Of a stretch of 64,000 nucleotides of DNA, positions 39,758 to 57,994 are shown piece by piece. The stretch spans positions 14,260,001 through 14,324,000 of the forward strand of contig OZ024761.1 in NCBI GenBank assembly GCA_964016885.1, read 5' to 3'. Numbering within the stretch: position 1 is the stretch's first letter; the number at the start of each line of letters is the position of its first letter. The DNA comes from Eledone cirrhosa. Its lineage: Eukaryota. A model generated the notes under the pieces. The model was not told the origin of the DNA, searched no databases, and was given only the letters and a program-made list of their open reading frames with translations. A program made the translations under genes and the position numbers.

Positions 39758-41238
39758 TCATCATCATCATCATTTTACGTCCACTCTTCCCTGCTTGCAA
39801 GGGTGGGACGGATCTTATTCAGCATAGCATCTCTCCACTTGTCACGGTCCTTCGTCATCTCCACCGTGAGCTTCAGTGATCTGAGGTCTGTTCTCACCAC
39901 CTCCGCCCATGTTTTTTGTGGTCTACCTCTACCACGTTTTCCTTCAACTGGCATTTCCTGGCACTTCTTCACCCATCGGTCATCCCCCATGCGCATCACA
40001 TGTCCATACCACCTCAGTCTCCTCTCCCGTACACTACATTCTATCCCTCTCAGACACAGTTTCTCTCTCAACACATTCATGCTGGGTCATTCATGCACAT
40101 TGACACTGCACATCCAACGGAGCATGCTTGCCTCATTTCTCTCCAGCCGTCGCATATCTTCTGCAGTTGCTGCCGATGTCTCACTACCATGCAGCATCGT
40201 GCTCCTCACACAGGCATCATATAACTGGCCTTTCATATGCAGGGAGAAACCCTTCTTCGTTAGCAGAGGAAGCAGCTCCCTAAACTTCTTCCAACCCGTC
40301 CTTATTCTAGATACTATGGCCTCGGAACACCCCCCTCCCATGCTAATCTGATCTCCTAGGTACCGAAAGCTATCCACCACTTCTATAGCACCCTCCTGCA
40401 TTTGAAAAATGTGTCTATCAATGCGACTTCTACTGTTTTAATTTCCCTGTACATCTACTGCATACATATTTCTCCCTACCTGTAAGTTTGCCTGCTATCC
40501 CACTACATCTCTTGTGTACCCAGGATCTGCATTTTATAGAATTTATGCCAGTTCCTTTTCTGCATATCGAACATGGCCATTTCCCTGACGGAATCAGAGT
40601 TTTGTCCTCTTTTCTACTCATCAACACTTTTGTCTTAGCTAGGTTCACTCTCAGTCCTCTTGCTTCCAACTGCTGTTTCTATAGCCAGAATTTATTCTCT
40701 AGCTCCTCTACTGATTCTGCTATAAGAACCAGATCGTCAGCATAAAGAAGTTCCCATGGACAGCCAGTCTTAAACTCCTCTGTTATGGCTTGGAGGACTA
40801 TAATGAACAAGAGTGGGCTGAGAACCGAACATTGATGTACTCCTACTTGTATTTGGAATTCCTCACTAAACTCCATTCCTACCCTGACTTTACTGACAGT
40901 ACCTCTGTACAAAGTTTGCACTGTCCTCACAAGCCATTCCTCAACACCTAGTTTCCTTAGGGACCACCAGATGACAGATTGGGGTACCCTATCAAAGGCC
41001 TTCTCTAGGTCAACAAAGGCTAAGTACAGTGGCTTATTTTTCTCTAAGAACCTCTCTTGTAATTGTCTCACCAAGAAGAGGGCATCTGTTGTACTTTTCC
41101 CAGGCACAAAACCAAACTGCATCTCATCTAGTTTGACCCTTTCTCTAATTAGTTGTGCTAATATCCTTTCTGCCACTTTCATAACCTGATCCATCAGTTT
41201 TATACCCCTATAATTGCTCCTCTCCAGAGCATCCCCTT
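39758..41238 (-). mobile_element. RTE-clade LINE, 5'-truncated, degenerate RT
   Basis: QFGFVPGKSTTDALF, AFVDLEKAFDRVP, GVHQCSVLSPLLF, LLYADDLVL, FRYLG, RRLRWYGHVMR, RGRGRP..W; a Cys-rich CSIC...HKRC...CSRC insert after RT; frameshifts; (GAT)n tail. Confidence 0.95.
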
Positions 41239-41354
41239 TATATTTATATAAATACTTGGTGCTCTTTTCAAACCCTTTTTTTTTTTAAAAACCATTTTCC
41301 TTATATAATGCGATCTGTAATAAAACCTTTTCTCACGTCGACACTCTTTTCACT

Positions 41355-42104
41355 ATATATATACATACATACACACACATATATATATACATACATACAT
41401 ACACACACATATATATATATACATACACACACATATATATATATACATACATACACACACATATATATATATATACATACACACACATATATATATATAT
41501 ACATACACACACATACATATATATATACATACACACATATATATATACATACACACACATATATATATACATACACACACATATATATATACATACACAC
41601 ATATATATATATATATACATACACACACATATACATACACACATATACATACACACACATATATATATATATACATACATATACACACATATATACATAC
41701 ATACATACACACACATATATATATATATACATACACACACATATATATATACATACACACACATATACATATATATACATACACACGCATATACATACAC
41801 ACACACATACATACACACACACACATACACATATACACACACACATATACATACACATATATATATATATATATACACACACATACATATATACACATAC
41901 ACATATATATACACACACACATATACACACACATATACATACACACACACATATACATACACACATATATATACACACATATACATACACACATATACAT
42001 ACACACATATACATACGCACATATATATATATACACATATATATATATATATATATACATACACACATATACACACACACATATATATATATATATATAC
42101 ATAT
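41355..42104. repeat. (TA/CA)n compound microsatellite
   Basis: About 750 bp of TATA/TACA/CACA. Confidence 0.95.
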
Positions 42105-42464
42105 ATCATCATCATCATCATCAACGTGTAACGTCCGTGTTCCACGCTTGCATGGGTTTGGACGGGGGTATTTCCCACTTGAGGCAAGAGTGATTGTCTT
42201 GCTCATATATATATATATATACATACACACATATACACATACACACGCACAAACACATACATATATACACACATATATATATATGTATATATACACACAT
42301 ACTTGTCTTCAAACACTGATAAAATACTATCACACAAATACAGTCAGCACTTAAAAATACTTTCAATTTCTACAAGACACCAATGGAAAAAACAAATATG
42401 GTGGTTATCTCTAGTGGTTTTGTTTTATTTTCTATTTAGTCTTTTGTTATTATTGTTATTATTA

Positions 42465-43115
42465 GGGTGGTGGATTGGCAGTATTGGGAGAGGGCCGGGC
42501 GACATGCTGTGCAGCATAGAGTTACGGCCCTTTACGATCTGAGTTCAAATCCTGCCGAGGTTAACTTTGCCTTTCATCCTTACGGCGTAGATAAAATAAA
42601 GTACCAGTCATGCACTGGGGTCGATTTAATCGACTTTCCCGTGCCCCCAAAAATTGCTGGTCTTGTGCCTATATAAGAAACCATTATTATTGTTGGTGAA
42701 TTGGCAGTATCGGTAGAGGGTTGGACGCCATGCTTTCTAGCATAGTTATGTCCCTTTACATTCTGAGTTCAAATCCCGCCGAGGTTAACTTTGCCTTTCA
42801 TCCTTACGGGGTCGATAAAATAAAGTACCAGTAATGTACTGGGTAATTGCTGGCCTTGTGCCTAAAGTAGAAACAATTATTGTTATTGTTATTATTATCA
42901 TTATTATTATTGTTATTAACAAGGGCGGTGGGTTGGCAGTATCGGTAGAGGGTCGGACGCCATTCTTTGACGCATAGAGTTACGGCCCTTGCCATTCTGA
43001 GTTCGAATCCCGCCGAGGTTAACTTTGCCTTTCATCCTTACGGGGTTGATAAAATAAAGTACCAGTAATGCACTGGGTATTTGCTGGCCTTGTGCCAAAA
43101 AGTAGAAACTATTAT
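42465..43115 (+). mobile_element. Head-to-tail array of three tRNA-derived SINEs
   Basis: Three copies starting near 42465, 42694 and 42923, each ending in an (ATT)n tail. Confidence 0.85.
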
Positions 43116-43368
43116 TATTGTTATTCCTTTGTTTTTTATTGTTTTATTGTGGAAATACTGCTTCACTTTTGTGCATTTATTTTTGTCAAATTTTTTCTCA
43201 TCCTTTCCCACTTCATCTATTTATATTTTTTTTCTTGTCAATTTGTTAATATGTAAAAATTAATTATACAATCTCTATATATTATATCGAAATAAACAAT
43301 TGTTTTAAAGAGTTGAGCAAATTTGGCTATCTTCTGAGGGCCACCAGTATAGTTTCGGATATATATAT

Positions 43369-43990
43369 CATCATCATCATTTTACGTCCGCTTTTCCCTG
43401 CTTGCAAGGGTGGGACGGGTCTTATTCAGCACAGCATCTCTCCACTCTTCACAGTCCTTCGTCATCTACACCGTGAGCTTCAATGATCTGAGGTCTGTTC
43501 TCACCACCTCCGCCCATGTTTTTCGTGGTCTACCTCTACCACGTCTTCCTTCAAGAGGCATTTCCTGGCACTTCTTCACCCATCGGTCATCCTCCATGCG
43601 CATCACATGTCCATACCACCTCAGTCTCCTCTCCCGTACACTACATTCTATCCCTCTCAGACACAGTTTCTCTCTCAACACATTTATGCTGGGTCGTTCA
43701 CGCACATTTACACTGCACATCCAACGGAGCATGCTTGCCTCATTTCTCTCCAGCCGTCGCATATCCTCTGCAGTTGCTGCCTATGTCTCACTACCATGCA
43801 GCATCGCGCTCCTCACACAGGCATCATACAACCGGCCTTTTGTACGCAGGGAGAAACCCTTCTTCGTCAACAGAGGAAGCAGCTCCCTAAACTTCTTCCA
43901 ACCCGTCCTTATTCTAGATACTATGCTCTCGGAACACCCTCCTCCCATGCTAATCTGATCTTCTAGGTACCGGAAGCTATCCACTACTTT
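43369..43990 (-). mobile_element. RTE LINE 3' fragment
   Basis: VVDSFRYL...WKKFRELLPLL...MLHGSET...RRLRWYGHVMR...RGRPRKTW; closely similar to 39775-40385. Confidence 0.92.
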
Positions 43991-44160
43991 TATAAAAACA
44001 CACATATACCTATATACATATACATATACATATATATTAACATACACATATATATATATATATAAACACACATATACCTATATACATCATCATCACCGTT
44101 TTACGTCCGTTCTTCCACGCTAGCATGGGTTAGACGGGACATATATATATATATTAACAT

Positions 44161-44196
<36 letters not shown>

Positions 44197-46346
44197 ACAC
44201 ATATACCTATATACATATATATATATATTAACATACACATATATATATATATATATACATAGCTCAACTATATATATATATATATACTTCAAAATTCAAA
44301 TTTGCCCATTTAAGACAATAACTTACAACCTCTCTAGTGATGGTGCCCTGTTAGCTAGTCAGCAAATCTCATAGACTCAGTATTATGTGAGATAATTATG
44401 TGAGGTAAAGCATTTTTACCTTGAAAATATAATAGTATATATAGAATAATAATCATCATCATCATCATCATGGGTTAGACGGGAATTGTCCCACCAGGGT
44501 TAGTTTTGTCTTTCATTATTATGAAGGGTTGATTGGCAGTATCGGTAGAGGGTCGGACGCCATGCTTTCCAGCATAGTTACGTGCCTTTAAGGTCTGAGT
44601 TCAAATCCCGCCGAGGTTGACTTTGCCTTTCATCCTTACGGGGGTTGATAAAATAAAGTACCAGTAATACACTGAGATAATTGCTGGCCTTGTGCCAAAA
44701 GTAGAAACAATTATTATGAAGGGTTGATAAACTAAAGTACCAGTAATACACTGGGATAATTGCTGGCCTTGTGCCAAAAGTAGAAACAATTATTGTGAAG
44801 GGTTGATAAAATAGAGTACCAGTTATATACTGAGGTCCATTTAATCGACTTTCCACACTTCCCTTCAAATTGCTGGCCTTGTGCCAATAAATGATCACAA
44901 CAGACATATCTAGATATTTCTCTCTTCTATTCCCCATCCTCTCCCTTCATCATCATCATCATCATCAACATTTAACGTCCGTGTTCCACGCTTGCATGGG
45001 TTTGGATGGGGGTTTTCCCACTTGAGGCAAGAGTGGTTGTCTTGCTCGCATAGGACTGTCTGACGGGTTTTCTACAGCTGGATGCCCTTCCTAACACCAA
45101 CCACATTTACAGTGTGTGGCTGGGAGGTTTTTACCGTGTTACCTACATGGCCACATTACAGCGTGGACTGTGTGTTTTTTGTCGTGACACCTACACGATC
45201 TCATTTGTTTCGGCCTGGATGTTGTGGCACCAACATAACTTTACATTGAAAGGGGCAGTGTGGATGGGGTGGGGGTGGTGGGACGGGGGTGTGTTTTGTT
45301 AGAGGTGCCTACTGACTGTAGTAGGTTTTACTTTGTATTTAGGTAAGGTGGGTCTTCTCTATTACTGAATACCGCCAAAGGTCTCGGTCCAGTGACATTA
45401 ACATAATTTAATACTAATTAATTAAAAATTGTTAAAAAAAATGTTTTTTTTCTTGTTTTTCACATTGTTTCGTTTTTTAAGAATAAAATATTAACTCTGA
45501 AAACTGGTTTTTGTTCTTGTTTTTTTTTCATGGAGGTGTGTGAGGTGGGGTAGTGGGGTAGGTATTTAATAAAATAATAAAAATAATTATGAAAATTGTG
45601 TAGTGTTCAGGTACACTACAAGTCATCACATGTGCATAGGGCAATGTACAAATGTCAGGAAAGTGAACAGTGTATGAGTCATGATATACACACAAACCAT
45701 TTATATAATGAAAATGATTGTGAACAGTGCTCAGGTACACTACCATTCATCAAAGGTGCATGTATAATACATAGAACAATGTATGAGTCATGATGTACAC
45801 ACAGACACACCACACACATGCATATGTGTGTATGGAGGAGGAATATCAGGTGTAGTGTCTCGGCAACTAACAACTGATGCAGGTAGTTTCTTCCATGCTT
45901 CAGCAACTCTGAGCATGAAAAAAATGTTTCCAAAAGTCATGTTGTCTGATTTTGTAAGCATGGAATCGAGACAGGCAAACTGTATTATTATAATTAGTAT
46001 TTTTCAATCTAGCTAACTTAGTCATTTACAATACAAACACTGATATGTTGGTATCTGTGTTTATCAAATATATTAATTTATATTAACTTGTATTACACGG
46101 CTCAGAAATACTTCTTTCTTTGAGCTATTTCATTGTAAAGGACTGTTTGAGTTTAGAACTCGTTATTCATAGTATATATATATATATATATATATGTATG
46201 AATGTATATATATATATGTATGTATGTATATATATATGTATGTATGTATATATATATGTATGTATGTATATATATATATATATGTATGTATATATATATA
46301 TGTATGTATATATATATATATATGTATGTATATATATATATGTATG

Positions 46347-46399
<53 letters not shown>

Positions 46400-46412
46400 G
46401 TATATATGTATA

Positions 46413-46487
<75 letters not shown>

Positions 46488-46506
46488 GTATATGTATATA
46501 TATATG

Positions 46507-46549
<43 letters not shown>

Positions 46550-46973
46550 CATCATCATCATCATCATCAACGTTTAACGTCCGTGTTCCACGCTTGCATG
46601 GGTTTGGACGGGGGTAGTCCCACTTGAGGCAAGAGTGATTGTCTTGCTCGCATAGGACTGTCTGGCAGGTTTTCTACAGTTGGATGCCCTTCCTAACACC
46701 AACCACATTTACAGTGTGGGTCTGGGAGGTTTTTACCGTGTTGCCTACACGGCCACATTACAGCGTGGACTGTGTGTTTTTTTGTCGTGACACCTACACG
46801 ATCTCATTTGTTTCGGCCTGGATGGCGCGGCACCAACATAACTTTACATAGAAGGGGGCGGTGTGGATGGGGTGGGGGTGGTGGCGGGACGGGGTGTATT
46901 TTGTTAGAGATGCCTACTGGCAAGGCGGGTCTTCTCTGTTACTGAGTACCGCCAAAGGTCTCGGTCCAGTGAC

Positions 46974-49912
<2,939 letters not shown>

Positions 49913-50092
49913 ATTATTACAAGGTAATAAAGTACCAGTTAATACACTGGGATAATTGCTGGCCTTGTGCCAAAAGTAGAAACAATTATTACAAGGTAAT
50001 ATATTTGCACATTCATCTAGATGTGGTTGTATTTCAACACATACATACATACAAAACAACACACACACATGTATGTCTCTCTCTATATATAT

Positions 50093-50132
<40 letters not shown>

Positions 50133-50532
50133 GGTGACTTTGTAAAAATATAGCCAAGTCATTAGGATTGATAAACACTCTACTACATAACTACACAAGT
50201 ATCGCAATTAATCTATAATGAGATTCGATTCACGTTAATTAGACTTACTTTTTGAGTAGGTAATACAGTGGCTCACCATCTTACTAATTCATAAGTTTGA
50301 GGGACATCTTAACTGTATGAAGGACATGTGACCATCTGTTGCTGACCTTTCATAATCATTTAGTGTCATTTCATGCTTTAGAAACAAATAGAAAAATCGA
50401 ATTCTTCAATTTGTTTCAGTCATTTGAGAGTAGACATGAATGATTTAGTGTCTACAGAGAGCACCAGGTGGTGCTGCTAGAAAGCCAGTGCATGTAGTGT
50501 TGAATTAGTTTAGTGCCGGCGTCTATAGCATG

Positions 50533-51403
50533 CATGTCCATACCATCTCAGTCTTCTCTCCCCCACACTACAACTTATCCCACTTATACACAGTTTCTCT
50601 CTCAACTCATCACATGTCCATACCATCTCAGTCTTCTCTCCCCCACACTACAACTTATCCCACTTATACACAGTTTCTCTCTCAACTCATCACATGTCCA
50701 TACCATCTCAGTCTTCTCTCCCCCACACTACAACTTATCCCACTTATACACAGTTTCTCTCTCAACTCATCACATGTCCATACCATCTCAGTCTTCTCTC
50801 CCCCACACTACAACTTATCCCACTTATACACAGTTTCTCTCTCAACACATCACATGTCTATACCATCTCAGTCTTCTCTCCCCCACACTACAACTTATCC
50901 CACTTATACACAGTTTCTCTCTCAACTCATCACATGTCCATACCATCTCAGTCTTCTCTCCCCCACACTACAACTTATCCCTCTTATACACAGTTTCTCT
51001 CTCAACTCATCACATGTCCATACCATCTCAGTCTTCTCTCCCCCACACTACAACTTATCCCTCTTACACACAGTTTCTCTCTCAACTCATCACATGTCTA
51101 TACCATCTCAGTCTTCTCTCCCCCACACTACAACTTATCCCACTTATACACAGTTTCTCTCTCAACTCATCACATGTCCATACCATCTCAGTCTTCTCTC
51201 CCCCACACTACAACTTATCCCTCTTATACACAGTTTCTCTCTCAACTCATCACATGTCCATACCATCTCAGTCTTCTCTCCCCCACACTACAACTTATCC
51301 CACTTATACACAGTTTCTCTCTCAACTCATCACATGTCCATACCATCTCAGTCTTCTCTCCCCCACACTACAACTTATCCCACTTATACACAGTTTCTCT
51401 CTC
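50533..51403. repeat. 80-bp tandem repeat (~11 copies) derived from RTE coding sequence
   Basis: Unit CATCACATGTCCATACCATCTCAGTCTTCTCTCCCCCACACTACAACTTATCCCACTTATACACAGTTTCTCTCTCAACT aligns with RTE 39994-40072. Confidence 0.92.
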
Positions 51404-51691
51404 AGTCATTTACTCACATTGACATAGACATTGCACATCCAATCAATGTTTCTAAAGCATGAATTGTAACTAAATACTTATGAAAAGTCGGCAACAGATG
51501 GTCACATAGCCTTCATACAGTTAATTACAACTAATTGCGCTCATTTCAACTAATTTTTTAAATTTTATATTACAAAGATAAAACATGCTTGTGCTGTAAA
51601 CACATTTGTGTGGGCCGCAGGTGTACTTGTAAAGGGCCACACATGTACTTGTAAAGGGCCGCATGTTTGGCATGCCTGGTCTATAGCATAT

Positions 51692-52005
51692 ACAGGGTGG
51701 TCCAAAAAGATGTATCCATTTTTGATAAAGTAGCATTTTCTATTGAAAGGAAAACTTTACAATTTTTTTTCCTAGACCTGTCTTACAGACATGTAAGTTT
51801 TGTGTGGTGTAAGGTTTTTCCTCACATACCACCATTTTGCGAGTACAGCTCAATAGTTTATAATGTGCTCGATCCAAGCTCCTTGGCACTGAATCACTGT
51901 GGCAACTCGCACATTGAAGTTTGTGATGTGATGTGATTTTCTGTCCTGACTGACCATGGCCGGCCACTGCGACCTTTAATGTTATCCTGTACACTTCCCT
52001 TAGCT
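51692..52005 (-). mobile_element. Tc1/mariner-like transposon remnant
   Basis: TA|CAGGGTGGTCCAAAAAG TIR-like end and GSVQDNIKGRSGRPWSVRTENHI (GSV.D..RSGRP transposase N-terminal motif); abuts a hAT-like end at ~51600-51680. Confidence 0.6.
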
Positions 52006-52065
52006 ACTAGGATAGGATATAATTCTATTACTGGACTGGGGGGGTAAACCCAAAGATTGAGAGTT

Positions 52066-52400
52066 ATATACACTGTGTTTCTCATTTATATCCTGTTCAT
52101 ATGATATCTTTTATTCACAGTTGTAAGTGATATACACTGTGTTTATCAAACATTTATATCCAGTTCATATGATATCTTTTATTCACAGTTGTAAGTGATA
52201 TACACTGTGTTTATCAAACATTTATATCCAGTTCATATGATATCTTTTATTCACAGTTGTAAGTGATATACACTGTGTTTATCAAACATTTATATCCAGT
52301 TCATATGATATCTTTTATTCACAGTTGTAAGTGATATACACTGTGTTTATCAAACATTTATATCCTGATATCACATGATATCTTTTATTTACAGTTGTAA
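52066..52400. repeat. 68-bp tandem repeat (~5 copies)
   Basis: GATATACACTGTGTTTATCAAACATTTATATCCAGTTCATATGATATCTTTTATTCACAGTTGTAAGT. Confidence 0.92.
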
Positions 52401-53479
52401 AAAAAAAGACAATAATAATAATATAATGGTTACAGAACGAAAACACAAATACATGGATTTTAGAGGTTGTTCAAGGGTCCATCCAGGGGCTGATTTTCAG
52501 CCACTGAAGTCCTACACTGTATGAAATTCGAGGCCCTTCTCTCAAAAAGTTTGGGTAACAAAATTTAAAATAATTATTCATGATTATTATTTTTTATATT
52601 AATGTTAATGATAAATAATAATGAACATTTTTTTGATGATTTAGTGTCAAAGAATAAACACTAATGATAAAATAAAATAAAATACATTTTAAAAAAGCAT
52701 GGCCCCATAAGCTATATCTTATTTAGTTGTACGAGGGTGATGATATTTTGGTGGCATCATTGTTTTATTGATATTTTCGGAGTTATTGTCGACATCTGTC
52801 ACATATTGTCATTGTCTGCATTGAAAAGGGATTGCCAGCTTTGAATGGCCTGGAATTGCACAAACTTATTATTAGTACCAATTAAAGTTTAAGCAAATAA
52901 TCGCTACTTTCACCCTCTCACAGGATCTTCAGAAGATCCTGGGATAGGGTTTAAGTAGCAGAAATTCTTTGCTTAAACTTTAATCTGTACTACTAATAAT
53001 AAATATTTGCTCTACGGGCTTGTGTGTGTGTGTGTGTGTGTGGTTCAATCGGGGGTAACCACAGAAGGTACTCAATACATAGCAGAGTATAAATGTTTTC
53101 CTTCGAATGAAACACACACACACACACACACACACATACACACATACATACATACATACATATATATATATATATAACAATGATTATTACTACCATTGTG
53201 GATTGGCAGTATCAGTAGAGGGTCGGACGCCATGCTTTGACGTATAGAGTTACGGCCCTTGCCATTCTGAGTTCAAATCCCGCCGAGGTTAACTTTGCCT
53301 TTCATCCTTACGGGGTCGATAAAATAAAGTACCAGTAATGCACTGGGTTATTGCTGGCTTTGTGCCAAAAGTAGAAACAATTATTACGATTATTCTTGTT
53401 GTATTACTTTATCACTTATCCTCTGTATATATCTGTATATGTATGTATGAATCTGTGTACATGTGTGTGTGGGTATGTA

Positions 53480-54810
53480 TATATTATATCCTATATGTTA
53501 TATTCTATGTTACAGTAATGTACCATTAGTTTATGGTATATGGTTTTTTTTTAATTATATAATGTATCTTTAACTTTTAATTCACGGTTTTGTTTATATT
53601 TGTATATGTGGAAACACATATGTGTGCAGGCAAATATATATATATATATATATCATATTGTATATTATATTTTATATATTATATTTTATGTTACAGTAAT
53701 GTACCTTTAGTTTATGGTATATTGATTTTTATTGTATAATGAATGTTTATTTACGGTTTTGTTTATATTTGTATATGTGGAAGCACATATGTGTGCAGGC
53801 AAATATATATATATATATATATATATATCATATTGTATATTATATTTTATATATTATATTTTATGTTACAGTAATGTACCTTTAGTTTATGGTATATTGA
53901 TTTTTATTGTATAATGAATGTTTATTTACGGTTTTGTTTATATTTGTATATGTGGAAGCACATATGTGTGCAGGCAAATATATATATATATATATATATA
54001 TATCATATTGTATATTATATTTTATATATTATATTTTATGTTACAGTAATGTACCTTTAGTTTATGGTATATTGATTTTTATTGTATAATGAATGTTTAT
54101 TTATGGTTTTGTTTATATTTGTATATGTGGAAGCACATATGTGTGCAGGCAAATATATATATATATATCATATTGTATATTATATTTTATATATTATATT
54201 TTATGTTACAGTAATGTACCATTAGTTTATGGTATATTGATTTTTATTGTATAATGAATGTTTATTTACGGTTTTGTTTATATTTGTATATGTGGAAGCA
54301 CATATGTGTGCAGGCAAATATATATATATATCATATTGTATATTATATTTTATATATTATATTTTATGTTACAGTAATGTACCTTTAGTTTATGGTATAT
54401 TGATTTTTATTGTATAATGAATGTTTATTTACGGTTTTGTTTATATTTGTATATGTGGAAGCACATATGTGTGCAGGCAAATATATATATATATCATATT
54501 GTATATTATATTTTATATATTATATTTTATGTTACAGTAATGTACCATTAGTTTATGGTATATTGATTTTTATTGTATAATGAATGTTTATTTACGGTTT
54601 TGTTTATATTTGTATATGTGGAAGCACATATGTGTGCAGGCAAATATATATATATATATCATATTGTATATTATATTTTATATATTATATTTTATGTTAC
54701 AGTAATGTACCATTAGTTTATGGTATATTGATTTTTATTGTATAATGAATGTTTATTTACGGTTTTGTTTATATTTGTATATGTGGAAGCACATATGTGT
54801 GCAGGCAAAT
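53480..54810. repeat. ~165-175-bp tandem repeat (~8 copies)
   Basis: Unit with GTTACAGTAATGTACC...GGAAGCACATATGTGTGCAGGCAAA(TA)n; length varies with the internal (TA)n. Confidence 0.93.
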
Positions 54811-54958
54811 ATGCATATGTGCAGGTGTATACATAAGGCAGCACGTGTGCGTATGCATATATAGATGTATATATGTCGGCATATGCGTGGGTGTGTATAT
54901 ATATGTGTATATATGTGGCTGTGCGTATGCATGTTAGGTTGTTGTTTGTTTTTTTGTG

Positions 54959-54991
<33 letters not shown>

Positions 54992-55196
54992 ATGTAATGT
55001 TTGTGTACGTATGCATATTTTATATGTATGTGTGGGCATGTGTGAGTTTATATATATATATGTGTGTGTATGTATATATATATATATATGTACATGCATG
55101 TGTGTGTGTATGTGTATATATGTGTATGCATATATGTGTGTGTATGAGTGTATGTATATATAGATATATAAATATATATAAGATTGGGCGTATGTA

Positions 55197-55249
<53 letters not shown>

Positions 55250-57151
55250 ATGTGTGAATAGGCCATGCTAATTCTAACTGGATACATGGGGCGAAGTAAG
55301 CAACCGCCATAAGGCAAGTGGGTGTGACTGGGTCCGTGGAGGTGAGGGAGAAAGTGTGTGTGTATATATACATATATATACATATATATATGTATATAGG
55401 TCAGGTCACCAGTTGGTGCTACTGGTAACATGTATCCCAGTACAACCTGTCTCATGGTCGAGTCATTGGCGACTAAACTGGCAACCCCACCAAGGTTTCT
55501 TGGTGAGGAGGGTGACTTTGGACATCCTGCAGGACTAAAAACAAAACCTCTCAAAGGGCCAAGGAGCTCTTAAGAGTCAATGGCCATCCAAAATCACTGG
55601 GAGAGATGACCCCTTAGCCTTTGTCAAAGCAGAATTCTAGGAGAAGGAAAACTTTGATATAACACCTGCAACCCTGATGGTATCCAATGATGTTGACTTG
55701 TTCTTTTTGGTAAATATCATCTTGGTTAAGAGAGTGGGACTGGCTTTGTGCAGTGCCTTTGCTCCCTATAAAAGCTTCATGGCACAGGCATTGCTTTATA
55801 TCTGGAGATCTCTCTGCACTTGTCGTCACATGGTACCATGGGCCCAGCACTATGTGTCAATAATTGTCACAAGTGTAGTGTTTGTACCAGAGTTTTCAAG
55901 TCGCTGGCTGGACTAAAAAGTCACACTTGTTCAGCGCATCAGTAGGGGTTCTCCTACATGGATATAAAGTAGTGGCCGTACTCGAAAACGAGTTGGCAGC
56001 CACCATGTATGTATGTGGGGGTCTGTGTGTCTGCGCAAGTAGACGTACGTGTATGTATGCATAAATCTGTCGGTGTCTGCATATTAGTATGTGTGGGTGC
56101 TTACTGTGAAGTGTGAACAGACGTGTGGGATGCTGAACCCAGCATGACTCCATCGAAATGTGTCAGATGGAAAATGGCTGATGATCCGTGTGACCGTAGA
56201 TACTGACCAGAACTTGTGATGACGTGGAGTAAACACAGCCAATGGCATGACAAGAGTGGAAGTAGGGTTTTTTTATGATAACACCCCAATGATAAATTTT
56301 GCTCCTAACGAAATACTCTGAATGAACCAGCAGAAGTAGAATCAGCCGGATCCATACAAGGACCACGTCTCGAGCTACCTGCTGGAGAAACAATTGTAAC
56401 ACGCGGCAGAGGTAAAGTATAACGTCCGAGAAAGTGAAACTAATTTTTATGACAAGTGAATGTTTTTTTGCTTTTTTTTACATTGGAAGTTACGGTACAG
56501 TTTGTTTATTTACAACAGGTCTCTATAGTGATATGGTGTTAATTAGTATTGCGTGTGTGATTATTTTCTCTTATATATATATATATGTGTGTGGGTGTGT
56601 ATATGTGTGTCTGTATGTATATATATATATATATGTGTGTTTGTATATATATATGTGTTTGTGTCATCATCATCGTTTAGATGTTTTTGTAATATCTTGC
56701 CAAAGTTGGCACCAACTTTCTGTCCCCCAAAGAAATTAAGGCCGGGTCATAAGAAGGACAGAGAATGATAAGGGATTTGGGTCAGAGGGGCAGCTTGGGG
56801 TCAGAAAGGCAGATAGGCGTCAGAAGGGCTGGGAAATTTTTTTTTTTTTTTAAACGAAGCACCGAAGGGCTGGATTCTAATACAGTATCACATCAAATAT
56901 GGCTGGACGAGTGGTTGGTCGCGTTTGATCAACTGTAATTCAGCTATTTATACGGTCTAATAAGGATGTTGATATGGTACGTCTAATTTTCCGTACACAC
57001 AATACACGAAAAAAGAAAAAGAAAAAATAATCACACACGCAATACTAAAAAACAAACACATTCACTTTCTCGGACGTTATATTTTACCTATATATACACA
57101 CATCCAATCCTTATCGAGCCCTCTTCGGATTTTGGTCTTCGTAATTATTAT

Positions 57152-57196
<45 letters not shown>

Positions 57197-57462
57197 AATG
57201 AAGTAATTCCGTCAGAAAGGTCCAGGAAAAAAGAGTGCCCTCTCTCTATATATATAGAAATATATTAATTGCGTGCGTGTTTTGTGTATGTGTGTATACA
57301 TTTGGGTGAGTGCGTGTTTTTTTTTGTGTGTATACATTTGGATGTGCGTATTTTGTGTGTGTGTGTGTGTGTAGCTACACGCGCAAAGCGTGTAAAATGA
57401 ATCCGCCGAACAAGATATTTTCATTTTCTTATTTCGAGTGTGTTATTGGAAAATAATGTCCA

Positions 57463-57501
<39 letters not shown>

Positions 57502-57781
57502 CAGGAGACTGAATTAGTTATACAAGTATACAAAATATATTACGATCGCTGGATTGCTAAATAGATAGATAGATAGATTTCTTTATTAGCCACAAGGGCG
57601 CAACAAGAAAGGGGACAATACAAAGACATGCCGGGGATTTTACATACAGTCGTGTAAATAGATAGATAGATAGATAAATAGATAGATCGGTAGATGCCGA
57701 CATATAGATCGAACAACATGTAAACAGACAGATACACATATAGATAAATAAACAGGTAGATAGATAGATCACCAATTATTG

Positions 57782-57842
57782 TATTTTATCTGACGAAAGC
57801 GTACTAAAATATTAATACCCTTGAAATACGTATAATAAAATA
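57782..57842 (+). ncRNA. Type I hammerhead ribozyme
   Basis: TATTTTAT CTGACGA AAGCGTA...TACCCTT GAAA TACGTA TA ATAAAATA; same family as 9862 and 10066. Confidence 0.85.
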
Positions 57843-57994
57843 AATATGTTTTTATAAGGATATTTTCCATTTATTAATATTATTGATATTAATGACACTC
57901 CTAGAAAATCTCGTTGAGTGCTTCTAAGCTGTTGTAAATAAACTTTGTTGAATAATCAACAAACCAAATAACTCATTGTTTATATATATATTAT

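Noticed and set aside
56105-56385. Minus-strand exon-like segment with AG/GT ends
   Set aside because: Stops in all frames across its length; no recognisable product.
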